Assembly (NCBI GenBank): GCA_964234715.1
Contig: OZ174276.1
From: Podarcis melisellensis
Lineage: Eukaryota
Direction: 5' to 3' (one strand)
Length of the DNA stretch: 64,000 bases
The notes under the pieces are model-generated. The model had not been told where the DNA came from, did not search any database, and saw only the letters and a program-made list of their open reading frames with translations. Positions within the stretch are counted from its first letter, which is position 1. Every line of letters starts with the position of its first letter. Of this stretch, positions 61,406 through 64,000 are shown one piece after another. The position numbers and the translations under genes are program-made.

Positions 61406-64000
61406 TCAGATATAGAGTTACTCTAACCTAAAAGTTACAGAGCATAGACTACTGAGGTGAAGTTATCCCTGTCCAGATAGGGTCATAGCTGGGCCACCAG
61501 AGGAGGCTGATGGAAGGCACTCCATGCCACCAAGGCCACTTGCCTCAAGTGACGGAAGTGGAGTGTAACCCCATCCAGAACAGGTTGAGCTCCACCTGTG
61601 GGCCAGTCCATTTGTTGATCAAGATGGGGGTCTTAAGAGGCTCTTAAGCACAATCAAATGAATTCCCATACCCTGTGAACCACGGATGCATGAGGAGCAA
61701 GTCTCTGTCCTTCAACCTTGGTCCAAGAGACACAGCACAATACATGCAAGTAGAATTCGAGGGGAAGTTTGTTTGTTTGTTTGTTTGTTTTTGTTTAGAG
61801 TAAATCATAGGAGTGGGAGCCGATCTGGATTGCCTGCTTTGGGGGCAGGCAAGGAACCAAAGCCTACTTATCCCTCACCGGGGTGTGATCCAGACTGGGG
61901 TCTCATGTCTGCTGTGTCCTCTTGCAAAACAACATTTCATGAACACTGACTTGTCTAGAATGGCAAAATTAGTGAACCACCTTGTGGGGGCAATTGTGTG
62001 GATGAAGCGGCTAAGCAATATCAAGGAGTTGGCATTCAAGGTCTATTGCCGTCAAGAAGTTGTTGCTGTTGTCCTTTCTATGGGACCTCTATAAACCAAG
62101 CAGCGCACATGAAACAAAGTAAAAAGACACAGCAGGCTCTGCCCTCAGGCTTACATTCTGAGTAAAACATGTTGTATGAGGGGGATGTTGGGAAAAGGGC
62201 AAGTTTAGAGGAAGATGAAGGGAAGGAGCCATTTATTTTTTTAAATGGGATTTTGCACAGTGGAAGGAGCCAGACCCATGCCAAAAGGGGAGAGGATGTT
62301 CTAATGGTGGCAAGCAGCAAGGGAGAAAGTGTGCAGTCAAGGACAGAAGTGTGCAGACAGAAAGAGGGAGACAAATTCAGGAAAGAGTAACTTGATCATA
62401 GCAACGAGCAGTGGCGAGTGGAATAATTAAAAACAGAGGCAAAGGGATTGATGGAAAAGGCAGGAAGACCGAGCAAGAGGGCAGCTGCAAGAGTCAGTTC
62501 AAGAAGGAATGGGGAGAAGGAGCAAAAGCTTCAGCTGGCTGTGGAATATTTGTTCTTAGAATAACTAACAGCTTCCAGGATGGTTTCCCTGAACAACAGG
62601 CAGGAAGGGAAAACAAGCTAGGAATACTCCAGACCCATTTACATCTCTTTAGTGATGTCTTATGTGCAGAGATGAAAATAGGAAGCTGCCTTGCACCTGG
62701 GTGGAATTCAGTGCAGCACTCTGGGAGCAAGGTCTGCTTGTGCAACAGGATTCCCCCCCCCCCCGTCCTCTTCCTCCCCACACCCTCCCAGCTCAGTATT
62801 ATCTGCACTGACTGGCAGTGGCTCCATGATCTCAGAAAGGGGTCTCTCCTCCAGGCCCACCTTGAGATGCCAGGGTGGAACCTGGAACTGTTGCATGCAG
62901 AGCAGATGCTCCACCCACTTGGTTACGGACCTTCCCCAAAGTGGGTGGAGGTGGAGGCAGGCACCCTGCCTCTTCCATCTGCTTGGCAGTCAGAGAGGTG
63001 GGAACATGAGTGTTTTGCCTTCCTTGGTTCTCCAGTAGATGCCACGTCTTACTGCTATTAACAAGTTTCTCCTCACGTCTAGGGTGCCAGGGGAGGGGGG
63101 GCAGGGAAGGAAGTTCTTGTAATCCATGTGCCCTGCACATGAACCCCCAGCTAGCACGGCTGATGGTCAGGGATGATGGGGGTCGGAGTCCAACCACATC
63201 TGGAAGGTATCACATTGGCTACCCATTCATTGTTGTATGAAGTAAGCCAGACTCCAACAACCTGGATCTGGAAGAGGGCTGGTGGCCTCCAACTCTGTAT
63301 TAGGGTCTTGGGGAGGAATGTTTTGTTCTGCCAGGAGCTGGGCTGGTGGCTCTGTTTCTCATCCAGAAGCAACCTTAATTGACCATTGCTGTAGCCTAAA
63401 CAAGAACAAGAGTAGCCCTGCTGGCCTTAACATCCTGTTCTCACAGTGGCCAACCAGATGTCTCTATGGGAAGCCTGCAAGCAGGACATGAGTGCAACAG
63501 CCCTCTGGCATTCGGAGGCAGGATGCCACAGATACTGAAGGTAGTTCACAGCCAGCATGGCTAGTAGCCATTGATAGCCTTAACCACCTTCCTCTTTTGA
63601 AGCTATCCAAGCAGGTGGCCTTCGCTGTGGGATAGCAAAGCTGCTGCCTGTTGTGTTTCCAGTGAATCCATTATCTGCAGCTTTTTCTCACCCCTTCAGA
63701 AGGTTTTTGTCAAGTGGAAAGTAGAATAGCCAGCTAATTAAAAAGGCAAAGCTGAGATATTCTAATCCACTTGAGCAATAGTGATCAAAGGATGATCATA
63801 GGATGATCCCAACCCAGTCAGATGGGCACAAACAAATAATAATTATTAATATTAGTATTAGTACGTGGCAGGGTTGTTTCCACCCCCTCCCAATGTTTCA
63901 GATCTCATTTGCACGTCTGCCTACACATCTGTGCGGTTAGATGCCCCCTGTCTGTCCACACCAGAGGGTTGAGAAGGGGTGTGGATATCTTCATATGGCT

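Noticed and set aside
62411-63061. 216-aa ORF near the window end as an ARHGEF25 exon
   Set aside because: No DH/PH similarity; it runs through a SINE remnant and starts at a non-ATG codon.

Overview
Eukaryotic (vertebrate) genomic DNA from a squamate reptile, probably a lacertid lizard (judged from Sauria SINEs with ACCTTT tails and L2/CR1 LINE fragments). Three genes lie on the + strand in the order known from human 12q13.3. (1) The last six coding exons of PIP4K2C (1143-16267, stop 16265-16267). (2) A complete DTX3 gene: CpG-island promoter at about 19.3-20.7 kb and four coding exons (25347-35353) that splice to a 346-aa RING + DTC E3 ligase starting MGSPVSFVLSRMAACGG. (3) The first two coding exons of the long N-terminal isoform of ARHGEF25/GEFT (52978-53073, 57930-58071); the DH-PH exons are not in the window. 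The PIP4K2C and DTX3 exons were placed by GT-AG boundaries and phase continuity. Nearly all other ORFs in the track are chance frames in introns, repeats or GC-rich DNA. Introns and intergenic DNA are rich in SINEs, LINE fragments and small DNA-transposon MITEs, several with TSDs. I see no evidence of a wholly new biological system. The best leads are a splice-assembled N-myristoylation motif on DTX3 with a possible leaky-scanning switch, a uORF-bearing 5'UTR mini-exon, an orphan CpG island between DTX3 and ARHGEF25, inverted L2 copies flanking in-frame PIP4K2C exons (possible circRNA), a perfect 60-bp palindrome inside a MITE, and a hAT MITE carrying TTAGGG repeats. Orthology calls rest on remembered protein sequences, not database searches.
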